Source of the DNA: Nitrosarchaeum sp.
GTDB lineage: Archaea; Thermoproteota; Nitrososphaeria; Nitrososphaerales; Nitrosopumilaceae
Direction: 5' to 3'
DNA length: 64,000 bases
NCBI GenBank assembly: GCA_965223865.1
Contig: OZ245020.1
Coordinates: 1,600,001-1,664,000 of the forward strand
Position numbers and translations under genes: made by a program
Notes under the pieces: model-generated
Databases searched by the model: none
Told to the model about the DNA's origin: nothing
Seen by the model: only the letters and a program-made list of their open reading frames with translations
Part shown: positions 26,945-37,544 of the stretch, in pieces
How positions within the stretch are numbered: position 1 is the first letter of the stretch
How the letters are laid out: the number at the start of each line of letters is the position of its first letter

Positions 26945-27159
26945 TTAGAATAACCCTCGTTTGCATAAAAAGACTGGGATTCTTTTGAATGTGAACCACA
27001 GTGTTTGGCAAGAATTGTGCTTAAATTAAATTGAGCATTTACCAACATGGAAGAGATAATCCACATTCCAAAAAACAAATTGCTTGAATTAAAAAAATCA
27101 GTGGACCAATACAGAAATGAAATAAAAAAGATAAGATCAGACATTGCACAATGAGTCCT

Positions 27160-28488
27160 TTAGTTATCAGTCCTTTGCTTGAGCAATTCCTCAAATATCA
27201 AATCAATCTTGTCTCCAAGTTTTTCCACATTCTCCAGTCTATGTACAATAGAATCCATAGTGTGCTGTTGGGATACGGTAGTCTTTTCTAACAGTTTTGC
27301 ATCAAGAATATAACCGCATTTTGCACACCTCTGTCTTTCAGGGGTGTTATCGTGCTCACAACGTGGGCATTTTTTTAGCTGGGCAATGGCATTAGAGTTG
27401 TCTTTTTGCTTTATTCCGTGAAGCTCCAAAATTGCGTTTTCTGCATCCTTGCCAGAAAGATGCACGTATCTTGCAGTCATCTTTGATCCTGGTTTCCAAT
27501 TGCCGTACACACGCAGCGTCTGATCAGAGAGTTTTTTTGCCAAGTGTGTAAGTTGAGAGTGCCTCATCAGATAGTTCCAGACTCGTTTTTTTATTCCCGC
27601 TTTTTCCTTGCATCTTTTGAGATGCTCTCGTAGATAACCATAAGATACACGCTTTGTTTTTGAGGACTTCCATAAGGAATACCATAACGGTGCATTAGGG
27701 TCATCTTTTAGTGGGTGCTCATCAAGCCACTCCAAGAGAGGCTTGAATGACACTACCAGTGCAACACTTTTGCTTCCAGTCTTGCCAAATGTACTGACCA
27801 TGACATGGTCATCCCTAAAGTCAATGCCACCAACTCGCAAATGCAACAGCTCTCCTGGACGAAATGCCCCTTCAAACAATACCCAAAACATGGCCCTGTC
27901 TCGCTTGTTTGTAGTCTGGTTGATTATTGCATTTAGTTCATCAAGGGTAAGCAGATCTTTTGGCTGTATTCCTTGTTTGTTTTTGTCCTGATATCTTGAA
28001 GGAGAGATCCACTCAACCTCGTTTACGTATCCTCTCTTCTTGTCCCCAATGTCTCCAGTCTTTGCAAAGTGGACCAATCTCTGTAAGGTCAATGCATATG
28101 CAGACTTTGTCTCACCGGAATAGTTTTTTTGAGATATTAGATTAGAGAGTATGGACTCGCATTGGATTTTTTTGGCGTTTTTTAGCTTGAGGTGCAGTTT
28201 TTCAAATTCTGCAAGTATCAATGGGAGTCGATCGCCGTAATAGCAGAGGCGTGCATCAGATAATCCTACTAGTTTTAGTTTGTCAAGGAATTGGATACAT
28301 TTTTGTCCTTCATGCATCTTGGCAAAACGATTTTTTGCCCATCTTATCTTTCTTGGATAGTTGTAGATATCACCAGAATCATCATAACCCAGAGTCTTCT
28401 TGTCATTGCCAGCATCGCTTTTTACCACATGAACAGATGTCTGGTTTTCATTTAAGGCAGGATTTTTGTCAGAAGGGAGCAACAACAT
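27160..28488 (-). CDS. Tyrosine recombinase/integrase with C-terminal Zn ribbon
   Basis: RDRA...EGAFRPGEL, GKTG, YLMRHS, GNW...MTARYVHL; CPRC...CAKC. Confidence 0.93.
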   Translation of the reverse strand: MLLLPSDKNPALNENQTSVHVVKSDAGNDKKTLGYDDSGDIYNYPRKIRWAKNRFAKMHEGQKCIQFLDKLKLVGLSDARLCYYGDRLPLILAEFEKLHLKLKNAKKIQCESILSNLISQKNYSGETKSAYALTLQRLVHFAKTGDIGDKKRGYVNEVEWISPSRYQDKNKQGIQPKDLLTLDELNAIINQTTNKRDRAMFWVLFEGAFRPGELLHLRVGGIDFRDDHVMVSTFGKTGSKSVALVVSFKPLLEWLDEHPLKDDPNAPLWYSLWKSSKTKRVSYGYLREHLKRCKEKAGIKKRVWNYLMRHSQLTHLAKKLSDQTLRVYGNWKPGSKMTARYVHLSGKDAENAILELHGIKQKDNSNAIAQLKKCPRCEHDNTPERQRCAKCGYILDAKLLEKTTVSQQHTMDSIVHRLENVEKLGDKIDLIFEELLKQRTDN

Positions 28489-28497
28489 AATAGTATA

Positions 28498-28579
28498 CGC
28501 CAGGTAAGGGATTCGAACCCCTGCACGCTTACGCGTAGCCGTTTTCGAGACGGCCGCCTTACCACTTGGCTAACCTGGC
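28498..28579 (-). tRNA. tRNA-Ser (anticodon CGA); ICE attachment site
   Basis: Reverse complement GCCAGGTTAGCCAAGTGGTAAGGCGGCCGTCTCGAAAACGGCTACGCGTAAGCGTGCAGGGGTTCGAATCCCTTACCTGGCG: acceptor stem, GCCGT/ACGGC anticodon stem, long variable arm, TTCGAA loop. Confidence 0.96.
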
Positions 28580-28638
28580 ATTTAATCTGAGATTATCTCC
28601 ATAATAAAGCAAATCAGAACTCGAGAAAATACCAAAAA

Positions 28639-28908
28639 TCAAATTTTGTCAATATCAAAGAGTTCATTTTGAAATTTTTCCTTGATTTGTACTTTAGATT
28701 TATTCCATTCTTCATCAGATATTTGATCAGAAAAGATAGAATGAAAATCATCACTTGATAACTTTGACCCTAACAAGTTTTGAATCTCTTTTTTCTCATT
28801 TTCAGATAATGGAAAGTATGAAATGAATTTTGTTACATTTTGCGTTTCATCAGTTTTAATTTCATAAATTTTATCAGAAAGATGTTCAGGCAAATCAAAA
28901 TTTTTCAT
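28639..28908 (-). CDS. Hypothetical protein
   Basis: 89-aa ORF with protein-like composition. Confidence 0.65.
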   Translation of the reverse strand: MKNFDLPEHLSDKIYEIKTDETQNVTKFISYFPLSENEKKEIQNLLGSKLSSDDFHSIFSDQISDEEWNKSKVQIKEKFQNELFDIDKI

Positions 28909-28980
28909 AACAAAGGATTCTTTGAAGCAATTAATAAAAATAGATTGTAAAATGTGGATTAATTGATGAATGCAAAAAAA

Positions 28981-29184
28981 TTATTTCTTACGTTTGATAA
29001 AACCAACTCCAATCAAGACAATACCGACAAGAATCCAACCAATGGCATATCCTGAAAGATCCTCTTGAAAACTAACTGCTTCAGTAGCACCGATAGTAAG
29101 GGCCCAGCTTACAATGCCACCAATAATGAAGCTGATTCCTGCCCAAAGAAACCAGTTTTGCATAATTTTAAAAAATATTCTCAA
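28981..29184 (-). CDS. Small two-TM membrane protein
   Basis: Two hydrophobic helices, KRKK tail. Confidence 0.6.
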   Translation of the reverse strand: MRIFFKIMQNWFLWAGISFIIGGIVSWALTIGATEAVSFQEDLSGYAIGWILVGIVLIGVGFIKRKK

Positions 29185-29256
29185 AATATGGGTATTTCCT
29201 TTGTTTCAAAATAAGGACAAACACAAAATACCTCAAAAATTAAGAAAAGTCAAGAA

Positions 29257-30282
29257 ATGGGGTTAAATCTAAAATCTCTTGTAGTCAGGGAAAAAACAAA
29301 ACTAGAATCTTTTTCAAACAAAGTAATTGCAATTGATGCATATAATGCCATTTATCAGTTTCTGGCAATAATTAGAGGTCCTGATGGGATGCAGTTATCA
29401 GATTCGGAAGGAAGAATTACCAGTCACCTAAGCGGATTATTATACAGAAATATCAATTTCTTATCTTTAGGTATAAAACCAGTCTATGTTTTTGATGGAA
29501 AGCCACCCTCTCTAAAGACAGCAGAGATTGAAAGAAGAAAACAGATCAAAAAAGATGCCACTGTAAAATATGAAAAAGCAATAGCTGAAGGAAATCTAGA
29601 AGATGCAAGAAAATATGCACAACAAACTACAAGTATGAAAGATGGAATGGTAGATGATTCAAAGACGTTACTAAAATTTTTTGGAATTCCATTTATTGAT
29701 GCACCATCAGAAGGAGAATCAACTGCTGCGCACTTGACCAACACAGGACAAGCTTTTGCTTCAGCAAGTCAGGATTTTGATTCTGTGTTGTTTGGTGCAA
29801 AAAGACTTGTAAGAAATTTTACAAATAGTGGAAGAAGAAAAATTCCAAACAGAAATACATACATTGACATTGAGCCTGAAGTTATAGAGACTCAAAAAAC
29901 ATTAGAGATGTTAGGATTAACAAGAGAAGAATTAGTCGATGTAGGAATTTTAATTGGAACTGATTTTAATCCAGACGGATTTGAAAGAGTAGGTCCAAAG
30001 ACTGCATTAAAAATGATAAAACAACATAAAAGATTAGAAGATATTCCACAAATCCAAGAACAACTAAAAGAAATAGATTTTAACCAAATAAGAAAAATCT
30101 TTTTGGAACCAAATGTAGCAAAAGTAGATGAGATAATTTTTGACAAAGTTGACTATGAAGGAATTACAAATTATCTAGTAAGAGAGAGAAGTTTTTCAGA
30201 AGACAGAGTACAATCATCTCTTAATCGACTAAAAAAAGCAATTGAAAAGAAAAGTCATAACTTGGATCAGTGGTTCACTTGA
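29257..30282 (+). CDS. fen: Flap endonuclease 1
   Basis: [34 protein letters not shown]-terminal PIP-like box NLDQWF. Confidence 0.97.
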   Translation: MGLNLKSLVVREKTKLESFSNKVIAIDAYNAIYQFLAIIRGPDGMQLSDSEGRITSHLSGLLYRNINFLSLGIKPVYVFDGKPPSLKTAEIERRKQIKKDATVKYEKAIAEGNLEDARKYAQQTTSMKDGMVDDSKTLLKFFGIPFIDAPSEGESTAAHLTNTGQAFASASQDFDSVLFGAKRLVRNFTNSGRRKIPNRNTYIDIEPEVIETQKTLEMLGLTREELVDVGILIGTDFNPDGFERVGPKTALKMIKQHKRLEDIPQIQEQLKEIDFNQIRKIFLEPNVAKVDEIIFDKVDYEGITNYLVRERSFSEDRVQSSLNRLKKAIEKKSHNLDQWFT

Positions 30283-30320
30283 AATTTTAATTTAATAATA
30301 AGATAAGAGAAATTCATAAA

Positions 30321-30854
30321 GTGCTACAAACAGAGGCAAGGAAGATTCTCAAAGACGCTCCAATAATGTGGCGAAGAGTCAATTCTATTGGGATTATTCT
30401 TGACTGCAATTCAACGTATGCTGCAAAACTAGGATATGCAAAGTCAGAAATTTTGGGAAAGCCAATTTTTGAGCATGTGCCAAAAGAATCTTGGGAGGCC
30501 ATGAATGAGTCTCTTAAAACATGGTTTGAGACAGGCAAAGTAGTAGATAGAAAAATCATATTTAAAAAACAAGACGGAGGAGAATTCCCAGGAGTATTAC
30601 AAGCAACAAGTCTTTATGATGAGAAAAAAAATCTCATTGGGAGCAATACCGTTATTTTTGATGTAAATGAACTCAGTGATGAAAAAATTACAGAATTTGA
30701 AAACTATTTCAAAGAGGCAAAAAACAGACTCGATGAGATTAAAAATAAAGATTATGAACAGTTTGATGAAAATTCAAAATCAGAGTACAATGGCTTGAAA
30801 AAAATGTTTGATATGTTATTAGAAATAGATCTTAAATCACTAAAAAAAGAATAA
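30321..30854 (+). CDS. Stand-alone PAS-domain protein
   Basis: GIILDCN...LGY...EILGK...KQDG...G.NTVIFDV PAS/PAC pattern. Confidence 0.8.
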   Translation: MLQTEARKILKDAPIMWRRVNSIGIILDCNSTYAAKLGYAKSEILGKPIFEHVPKESWEAMNESLKTWFETGKVVDRKIIFKKQDGGEFPGVLQATSLYDEKKNLIGSNTVIFDVNELSDEKITEFENYFKEAKNRLDEIKNKDYEQFDENSKSEYNGLKKMFDMLLEIDLKSLKKE

Positions 30855-30859
30855 CAGAG

Positions 30860-32773
30860 TTATTTGTTTTTAATTGACTTTTGCAGTTCCTCAAAAGCTG
30901 TTTGAACTTCGGTCACTGCAGCACCATCTTCTAGAGTACTAATATCGCCAATCTTATCACTATTTGCTATTGCCTTTAGGAGTCTTCTCATAATTTTTCC
31001 ACTTCTAGTCTTTGGAAGTTTTGAGACAAAATAGATTTGTTTTGGAGTTGCAATAGCTCCAATATCTTCTCTAATTTTTGAAATTAATTCTTTTTCTAAG
31101 ACATCAGAATTTTTATCTACGTTTTCTTTTAGAACAGCAAATGCAATAATTACCTCACCTTTTACTTCATCAGGAATTCCACAAACTGCAGATTCTGCAA
31201 CATCATCATGGGATACAATACAACTTTCTAATTCTGCAGTACCTATTCTATGTCCTGCAACCTTTAGTACATCATCAGCTCTTCCAAGTAACCAAAAGTA
31301 TCCATCTTCATCTTTAATTGCATAATCACCTGGATAGTAATAATTTTCATATTTTGACCAGTAAACTTTTTTGTATTTTTCATTATCGCCCCATAATGTC
31401 AAAAGCATTCCAGGCCATGGGTTTTTGATTAAAAGATATCCCTTGGTGTTATCAGGAAGATCATTTCCTTTTTCATCAACAACTGAAATTGAAATTCCTG
31501 GAATTGGTTTTGTCCCAGAACCAGGTTTTAGAGGGATTGTCTCTAGTCCAGGCAGAGGGGAAATCAACATGCCACCTGTTTCTGTTTGCCACCAAGTATC
31601 AATAATTGGACATTTTTCTTTTCCAATTACTTTAAAGTACCATTTCCAGACCTCGGGATTAATAGGCTCACCAACCGTACCAAGTAGTCGAATTGATGAG
31701 AGATCAAAAGAGTTTGGAATATCATCTCCAAATTTCATAAACATTCGCAGTGCTGTAGGAGTGGTGTAAAATATTGTCACCTTGTATTTTTGAATTATAT
31801 TCCACATTCTTGAAGCATCAGGAAAATCAGGTGCTCCTTCATACATTACTTCTGTGGCACCATGAAGCAACGGAGCATATACAACATAGCTGTGACCTGT
31901 CACCCATCCAATATCTGCAGTGCAAAAAAATACATCAGAGTCTTTAATGTCAAATGCCCATTTGAATGTGGAGTACAAATGTGTAAGATACCCACCTGTT
32001 CCATGTAAAACTCCTTTAGGTTTTCCAGTTGTTCCAGATGTGTATAAGATGTAAAGAGGGTGTAAGCTATCTAGTTGCTCAGCGTTACATTTTTCTGATG
32101 CATTTTGCATTAAATCATTCCAAAGTTTATCTTTTTCATTAATTTTGATTTTAGTTTTAGTTCTTTCAAAAATAATAACGTTATTTACAAAATCAAAATC
32201 TTGTATTGCTTCATCTACAACTTCTTTTAGTTTAACAACAGAACCACGTCTATATCCACCATCAGCAGTGATAACTATTTTAGATTTTGAATCATCAATT
32301 CTATCTCTAATTGATGATGCACTGAATCCGGAGAAAATAACAGTATGTGTTGCTCCAATTCTAGAACATGCTAGCATAGAGATTGGCAGTTCGGGAATCA
32401 TCGGGAGATAAATTGTAACTCTATCACCTTTTTCTACACCTAGAGATTTTAAAACATTGGCAAGTTTTTGAACTTGAATCCACATATCCTTGTATGTTAA
32501 GATTTTAGAATCTCCGTTTTCTCCTTCCCATAGAATTGCAGGTTTGTCAAATTTTGTTTTTTGATGAACATCCAATGCATTGTAAGAAGCATTAATTTTC
32601 CCGCCTTCAAACCATTTTGCAAAAGGAGGATTCCAGTCAAGCGTTTTATCCCATTTAGAAAACCAATAGAGATTTTTAGCCTGATCATCCCAAAAACTCA
32701 CAAAATCAGACTCTGCAGATTTTCTAGTTTTAGTGTCATAGTTTCCAAGGCCAATTTCATAAGGTTTGGACAT
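30860..32773 (-). CDS. acs: Acetate--CoA ligase
   Basis: YTSGTTGKPKG, DTWWQTETGG, GRADD, PKTRSGKIMRR; start taken at MSKPYEIG (32773). Confidence 0.95.
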   Translation of the reverse strand: MSKPYEIGLGNYDTKTRKSAESDFVSFWDDQAKNLYWFSKWDKTLDWNPPFAKWFEGGKINASYNALDVHQKTKFDKPAILWEGENGDSKILTYKDMWIQVQKLANVLKSLGVEKGDRVTIYLPMIPELPISMLACSRIGATHTVIFSGFSASSIRDRIDDSKSKIVITADGGYRRGSVVKLKEVVDEAIQDFDFVNNVIIFERTKTKIKINEKDKLWNDLMQNASEKCNAEQLDSLHPLYILYTSGTTGKPKGVLHGTGGYLTHLYSTFKWAFDIKDSDVFFCTADIGWVTGHSYVVYAPLLHGATEVMYEGAPDFPDASRMWNIIQKYKVTIFYTTPTALRMFMKFGDDIPNSFDLSSIRLLGTVGEPINPEVWKWYFKVIGKEKCPIIDTWWQTETGGMLISPLPGLETIPLKPGSGTKPIPGISISVVDEKGNDLPDNTKGYLLIKNPWPGMLLTLWGDNEKYKKVYWSKYENYYYPGDYAIKDEDGYFWLLGRADDVLKVAGHRIGTAELESCIVSHDDVAESAVCGIPDEVKGEVIIAFAVLKENVDKNSDVLEKELISKIREDIGAIATPKQIYFVSKLPKTRSGKIMRRLLKAIANSDKIGDISTLEDGAAVTEVQTAFEELQKSIKNK

Positions 32774-33022
32774 CAAAGATCTTAAGATTTTGAACTTTCT
32801 AAATTTAACTAGAGAAGAAAAAAGTGCAATTTTGAGGCTAAAATCAGTCATTTATTCAAATTAACAGATTCCAATAGGTAAAATTCTCAAAAACATTATT
32901 GAAAATTTTTCAAAATAATCTTGATAATGAGATTAAACCATTCATAAAAATTGACATTTACAAAAATTGCCTGAAGATCGAGCTTGACCCCATCTTTCTT
33001 AATTTAATAAAAATGAAAAAAA

Positions 33023-33898
33023 TTATTGTGCTTCCATTCTAGCAAGCCAGTCGTTATCATTTTTGTCATCAGATGTTTCTGTTTTCACCTGTTGGGATGG
33101 TTCTGGGATTGTTGGTAGTGCTTCAGTCTCAATTGGAGGTTCTGGGATTGATTGTTGAGCCTCAACTGTAAAAGGTACTGAAGGTTCTGGTACTGGTTCT
33201 GTTGGTGCCTCTGGAAGGCTGGTCCGAACTACTTGTTCAGAATTGTCCAGATATGATACGGCTGATTCTTGTAGATGTACTTGTGGAGGTGCAATAGTAC
33301 TTTGAACTTCCATATCAAGATCTGCAATTCTTCTCTGAACATTTGAGATTTCTGCCGTTTCGTGAGTTACATGCTCAATTAATTCTGTTGTGCATGACTT
33401 CACGGTCTCAAATGTTGATTCTGAGATTTCATTGCTCTTGTATTGTACTTTTGCATCAAATAGCAACATCTTTGCAGACTTTCTTTGCTCTTCTAACTCT
33501 GTCAATCTTGCCTCAAGTTTGGCTTTGATTTCATGTTCTGTTTCATCTAATGATACAAGTTTTGACTTGTATTTTTCATGAATTATTTCTGCATCTGATT
33601 TCATGTCATCATTTTCAGAAACAATATCTATCAAGGCCTTTAGACGACGTAGGGTTAGTTGTTTCTCGCGTAGAAGTCTTTGTGAGTCAAGTCTCCATTT
33701 TGGAATAAAAATAACAACATCGCCTTGGACTACTAATTGCTCATATTGGATTTGCTGTAAACCCTGAGAACCGCAGTCAATCCCTACTGATTGGATGCTT
33801 CCATCAATGTCAGTTATTGTTCCAACTACTTTACCCATGAATGTACCGTACATGTCTTTGACGTTTTTACCGATAATATCGATATCGTCGTGGGTCAT
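33023..33898 (-). CDS. cdvA: Cell division protein CdvA
   Basis: IGKNVKDMYG PRC-barrel N-terminus, coiled coil, Pro-rich C-terminal tail. Confidence 0.85.
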   Translation of the reverse strand: MTHDDIDIIGKNVKDMYGTFMGKVVGTITDIDGSIQSVGIDCGSQGLQQIQYEQLVVQGDVVIFIPKWRLDSQRLLREKQLTLRRLKALIDIVSENDDMKSDAEIIHEKYKSKLVSLDETEHEIKAKLEARLTELEEQRKSAKMLLFDAKVQYKSNEISESTFETVKSCTTELIEHVTHETAEISNVQRRIADLDMEVQSTIAPPQVHLQESAVSYLDNSEQVVRTSLPEAPTEPVPEPSVPFTVEAQQSIPEPPIETEALPTIPEPSQQVKTETSDDKNDNDWLARMEAQ

Positions 33899-34031
33899 GA
33901 GTACTGGTTAAGAGATTTGTATAACCCACAAAGTGTTAGAAAGGTTTCTAGTTTTGGTAAGATTATTTTTACTAACTCAAAATCACGATTTTTTGAGAAA
34001 TTTTAAAATTCAATGACAATCAGGAAACATT

Positions 34032-34316
34032 ATGATTCAACGTGAAGAATTAGAACAAATTTTGTATTTTGTCTCAAAGAGATGGATCGATATCACCAAA
34101 GAACCGAACAATAAAGCAATGGAAACTCTTCCAAGTAACTTTTGGATGAATTCAGTTGGCGGAAAAGCAGGTAAAGGAAGATGGATTACAGCATTAATGT
34201 ATACAGAAAACGAAATGGATGCAAATGCATTCAAAGAAGTTCTATTAAGATGGCAGACAAAAGGAATGGAGAAAACACAAGCTCCAGATCTAATTCAAAT
34301 TGGAAAAAAGAAATAG
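34032..34316 (+). CDS. Hypothetical protein
   Basis: 94-aa ORF with ATG start. Confidence 0.65.
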   Translation: MIQREELEQILYFVSKRWIDITKEPNNKAMETLPSNFWMNSVGGKAGKGRWITALMYTENEMDANAFKEVLLRWQTKGMEKTQAPDLIQIGKKK

Positions 34317-34348
34317 ACTATTAATAATTGATAAACTTTTGAAATTTA

Positions 34349-35968
34349 TTGTCAGAGTTTACAATTAATGAAAAGAAGATTCTGTCAGATCACTTTTCAA
34401 ATACAGATGATAATGTCTTTGCAATAACAACTCCACAACAAGTAGATCGTGGAGCTCTAATGTCAAGGTATAGTAGAACCGATAAGAGCATGCGAAGAAT
34501 ATTCTTAGATGAATTTTTAAAAAATAAAAACAGAGGAGAAGAATTCTACAACAGAGTTCTATTAGAATACGGAGATGATTCTGTAGCAGAATTGGGTGAA
34601 GCACAAATTGCAATTGAAGGGTTATCAAATATTGCAGTAAAAAAAATTGAAGATAGAAGAATAGGTTTATCCTATTTAGAAAAATCATCAAGATATGTTG
34701 CATGGAATAAGAAAACAAATGGACAGTATAGATTCTATCGAGATCCAGAAATAATGAAATCAAAATTTGCGGATTTGTATTTAGATACGTGTAATTTTTC
34801 GTTTGATGTCTATTCAAAAAATATTGAACCTATGATAAATTATGTAAGAGAAAAATATCCAATTGAAAAATATTCTTTCAAAGACTCTAAAGAAAATAAG
34901 GAAAGATCATTTTCAAAATTAAGAGATGAAAAAGATATCAAATCGGCAACTATGATTTATAGAGGATCCACAAAAGCAAAAGCACTAGATATTCTCAGGG
35001 GTCTTTTACCAGCATCAACTCTAACTAATGTAGGACTTACTGGAAATGGTAGGGCATTTGAATATATGTTAACAGTTTTAGGCTCATCTGACCTATATGA
35101 AGAGAGAAATTTAGCCTCAAAAATTAAAAAAGAGTTGGATACAACAATCAAATCTTTTGTGCGAAGAGCTGATGACAAATACGGAAAAGCCCTGCAAGAA
35201 TATCTTAGAGACTTGAGAAAAACTACAAGGAAAATAACACAAAAAGAAATCAAACCAAAAAAAGTTGTGGGAGTTCACACTAAACTTGTAGATTATGAAT
35301 CAGAGAAGGATGCCATTAACAAAATAATTACAAGTATAATGTATGAGCAATCACCGAGTACATCATATCAAAATATTTTACAACAAGTGAAAAAAATGCC
35401 AAAGGAAGATAAAAGTAAAATAATCAATTCATTTACAAAATTAAGAAAAAACAGAAGACATAGACCGCCAAGAGCTTTTGAAAATACATACTATACTTTT
35501 GATCTTCTTAATAATTTTGGAATGTTTAGAGATTTACATAGGCATAGAGCTTTAACATTGCAAAGACAATTGTTAACCACAGAACATGGATATAACATAC
35601 CAGAAGAAATCAAAATTTTAGGAATTAAAAAAGAGTTTAAGGAGTGTATGGATAGGACTAAACAAACATTTGATAAAATTAGAAAAAAATTTCCAGAACA
35701 AGCCCAATATGTTGTAAATTTTGCATACAATTATCCATACTTTATGAAATTCAATTTACGTGAAGCTTGTCATCTTATAGAATTACGAACTGTGCCACAA
35801 GGACATAAAGATTACAGAAGAGTTGCCCAACAAATGTATAATGAGATCAATAGAGTTCATCCGAATCTTTGTAAAATAATTAAATTTGCAGATTTAAAAG
35901 AATATGATTTAGAAAGATTTGAATCAGAAAAAAGAACTGCTGAAAAGAAAAAAAAGCTAAACAGATAA
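34349..35968 (+). CDS. thyX: FAD-dependent thymidylate synthase (long two-domain form)
   Basis: [38 protein letters not shown]. Confidence 0.92.
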   Translation: MSEFTINEKKILSDHFSNTDDNVFAITTPQQVDRGALMSRYSRTDKSMRRIFLDEFLKNKNRGEEFYNRVLLEYGDDSVAELGEAQIAIEGLSNIAVKKIEDRRIGLSYLEKSSRYVAWNKKTNGQYRFYRDPEIMKSKFADLYLDTCNFSFDVYSKNIEPMINYVREKYPIEKYSFKDSKENKERSFSKLRDEKDIKSATMIYRGSTKAKALDILRGLLPASTLTNVGLTGNGRAFEYMLTVLGSSDLYEERNLASKIKKELDTTIKSFVRRADDKYGKALQEYLRDLRKTTRKITQKEIKPKKVVGVHTKLVDYESEKDAINKIITSIMYEQSPSTSYQNILQQVKKMPKEDKSKIINSFTKLRKNRRHRPPRAFENTYYTFDLLNNFGMFRDLHRHRALTLQRQLLTTEHGYNIPEEIKILGIKKEFKECMDRTKQTFDKIRKKFPEQAQYVVNFAYNYPYFMKFNLREACHLIELRTVPQGHKDYRRVAQQMYNEINRVHPNLCKIIKFADLKEYDLERFESEKRTAEKKKKLNR

Positions 35969-35999
35969 TATTCTAATATTATTAAAAATAAAATATATC

Positions 36000-36401
36000 A
36001 TGTCAGAAAAGATTTCAAAAACTCCTGAAGAATGGAAATCAGAGCTGACTCCAGAGCAGTATGAGATATGTATCAATAAAGGAACAGAGCCGCCATTTAG
36101 TGGGAAATATTGTTACATCAAAGAAAAAGGAATCTACAAGTGTGTTTGTTGTGATGAACCATTATTCAAATCAGATACAAAATTTGATTCAGGCTCAGGA
36201 TGGCCAAGTTTTTGGGAGCCAATTTCAGATGAAAAAATAGAATATCTATCAGACACATCATATGGAATGGCTCGAACAGAGGTAAATTGTATGAAATGTG
36301 GTGCTCATTTAGGACATGTATTTGATGATGGGCCAAAACCCACCAATCTCAGATATTGCATAAACTCTATTTCATTAGATCTGAGTAAAAGTGAGGAATA
36401 A
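36000..36401 (+). CDS. msrB: Peptide-methionine (R)-S-oxide reductase
   Basis: [33 protein letters not shown]. Confidence 0.97.
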   Translation: MSEKISKTPEEWKSELTPEQYEICINKGTEPPFSGKYCYIKEKGIYKCVCCDEPLFKSDTKFDSGSGWPSFWEPISDEKIEYLSDTSYGMARTEVNCMKCGAHLGHVFDDGPKPTNLRYCINSISLDLSKSEE

Positions 36402-36533
36402 GTTGGTTTGAAAATTCTCATTTGAAAAAATTTCAATTTCATTCAAAAATTATTAATAAAACTCCACTAATGGTAAGAAAATCAGAGTGAGTTAAATGAG
36501 CAAAGATCACAAATCAAAAAGGAAAGAAGTAAT

Positions 36534-37544
36534 TTGAGAATAATACTTTGCGGATTTGGTGTGGTTGGCCAAAGTTTAGTCAAACTATTTGTTTCAAGAT
36601 CAGAGGACCTCTATGCAAAATATGGACTAAAGCCAAGAGTAGTAGGAGTATTTGACAGCAAAGGCAGTGCTGTTGATTCATCAGGACTAGACTTGGAAAA
36701 ATTAATTGAAGTAAAGAAAAAATTTCAAACTGTAAAAGACTATGCAAAAACAAAAAACCAGATGTCAGGAATAGACATGATAAAAAATCTGGATGCAGAT
36801 GTACTAATTGAAACTACGGCAAGTAACTACAATGATGCAGAACCTGGAATGACACACATTACAAATGCAATGAAGCATAAAATGCATGTAATATCTGTAA
36901 ACAAAGGTCCGTTAGCATTAGCATTTCCTTCCCTTATGGAACTAGCCACATATAATCAAGTTATGTTCAAATTCAGTGGAACGGTTGGTGGAGGCACTCC
37001 AATTTTAGATTATGCAAAAAATAGCCTCAAAGGTGAAAGAATCACATCATTTGCAGGCATTCTAAACGGCACTACAAATTACATTTTAACAAATATGGCA
37101 AATGGACTATCATTTGATGCTGCGCTAAAGGATGCCAAAGATAAAGGATATGTTGAAGCAGATGAAACTTTGGATTTAGATGGTCTTGATGCTGCTGCAA
37201 AATTAGTGATTCTGGCAAATTGGGTGATGGATATGAAAGTTACAATGCCGGATATCAAGTGCATAGGTATTCGCAAAGTTACCACAGATGATATCAAAAA
37301 AGCAGCCAAGAACAAGTGCGCAGTCAAACTAATAGCATCATGCAATAAAGAACTTGAGGTAACTCCTAAAGAAATTTCAATTGAAGATCCTTTATGTGTT
37401 AATGGAACCCTTAATGCAATTGCATTTACATCAGAGCATTCAGGTACTCAGACAATAATTGGAAGAGGAGCTGGAGGAATAGAGACAGCAAGTTCTATAC
37501 TCAGAGATTTGTTAGACATAAGACAAGAGATATCTAGAACTTGA
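36534..37544 (+). CDS. hom: Homoserine dehydrogenase
   Basis: GFGVVG, NKGPLA, VGGGTP, GILNGTTNYIL, DAAAK, GRGAG. Confidence 0.95.
   Translation: MRIILCGFGVVGQSLVKLFVSRSEDLYAKYGLKPRVVGVFDSKGSAVDSSGLDLEKLIEVKKKFQTVKDYAKTKNQMSGIDMIKNLDADVLIETTASNYNDAEPGMTHITNAMKHKMHVISVNKGPLALAFPSLMELATYNQVMFKFSGTVGGGTPILDYAKNSLKGERITSFAGILNGTTNYILTNMANGLSFDAALKDAKDKGYVEADETLDLDGLDAAAKLVILANWVMDMKVTMPDIKCIGIRKVTTDDIKKAAKNKCAVKLIASCNKELEVTPKEISIEDPLCVNGTLNAIAFTSEHSGTQTIIGRGAGGIETASSILRDLLDIRQEISRT

Larger units (their letters stand above)
1..28497. mobile_element. Integrative conjugative element (ICE) inserted at tRNA-Ser; left boundary not visible
   Basis: Tyrosine integrase abuts the tRNA 3' end; VirD4-, VirB4-, VirB6-, PrgI- and pilin-like genes are present with defence-type cargo; housekeeping genes resume right of the tRNA. 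No second copy of the tRNA 3' end was found by eye; membership of 1-604 is uncertain. Confidence 0.88.

Noticed and set aside
26941-27154. 67-aa minus ORF (26941-27144) and 35-aa plus ORF (27047-27154) as a possible excisionase
   Set aside because: The minus ORF overlaps the promoter of 26944 and neither has a recognisable motif; unsupported.
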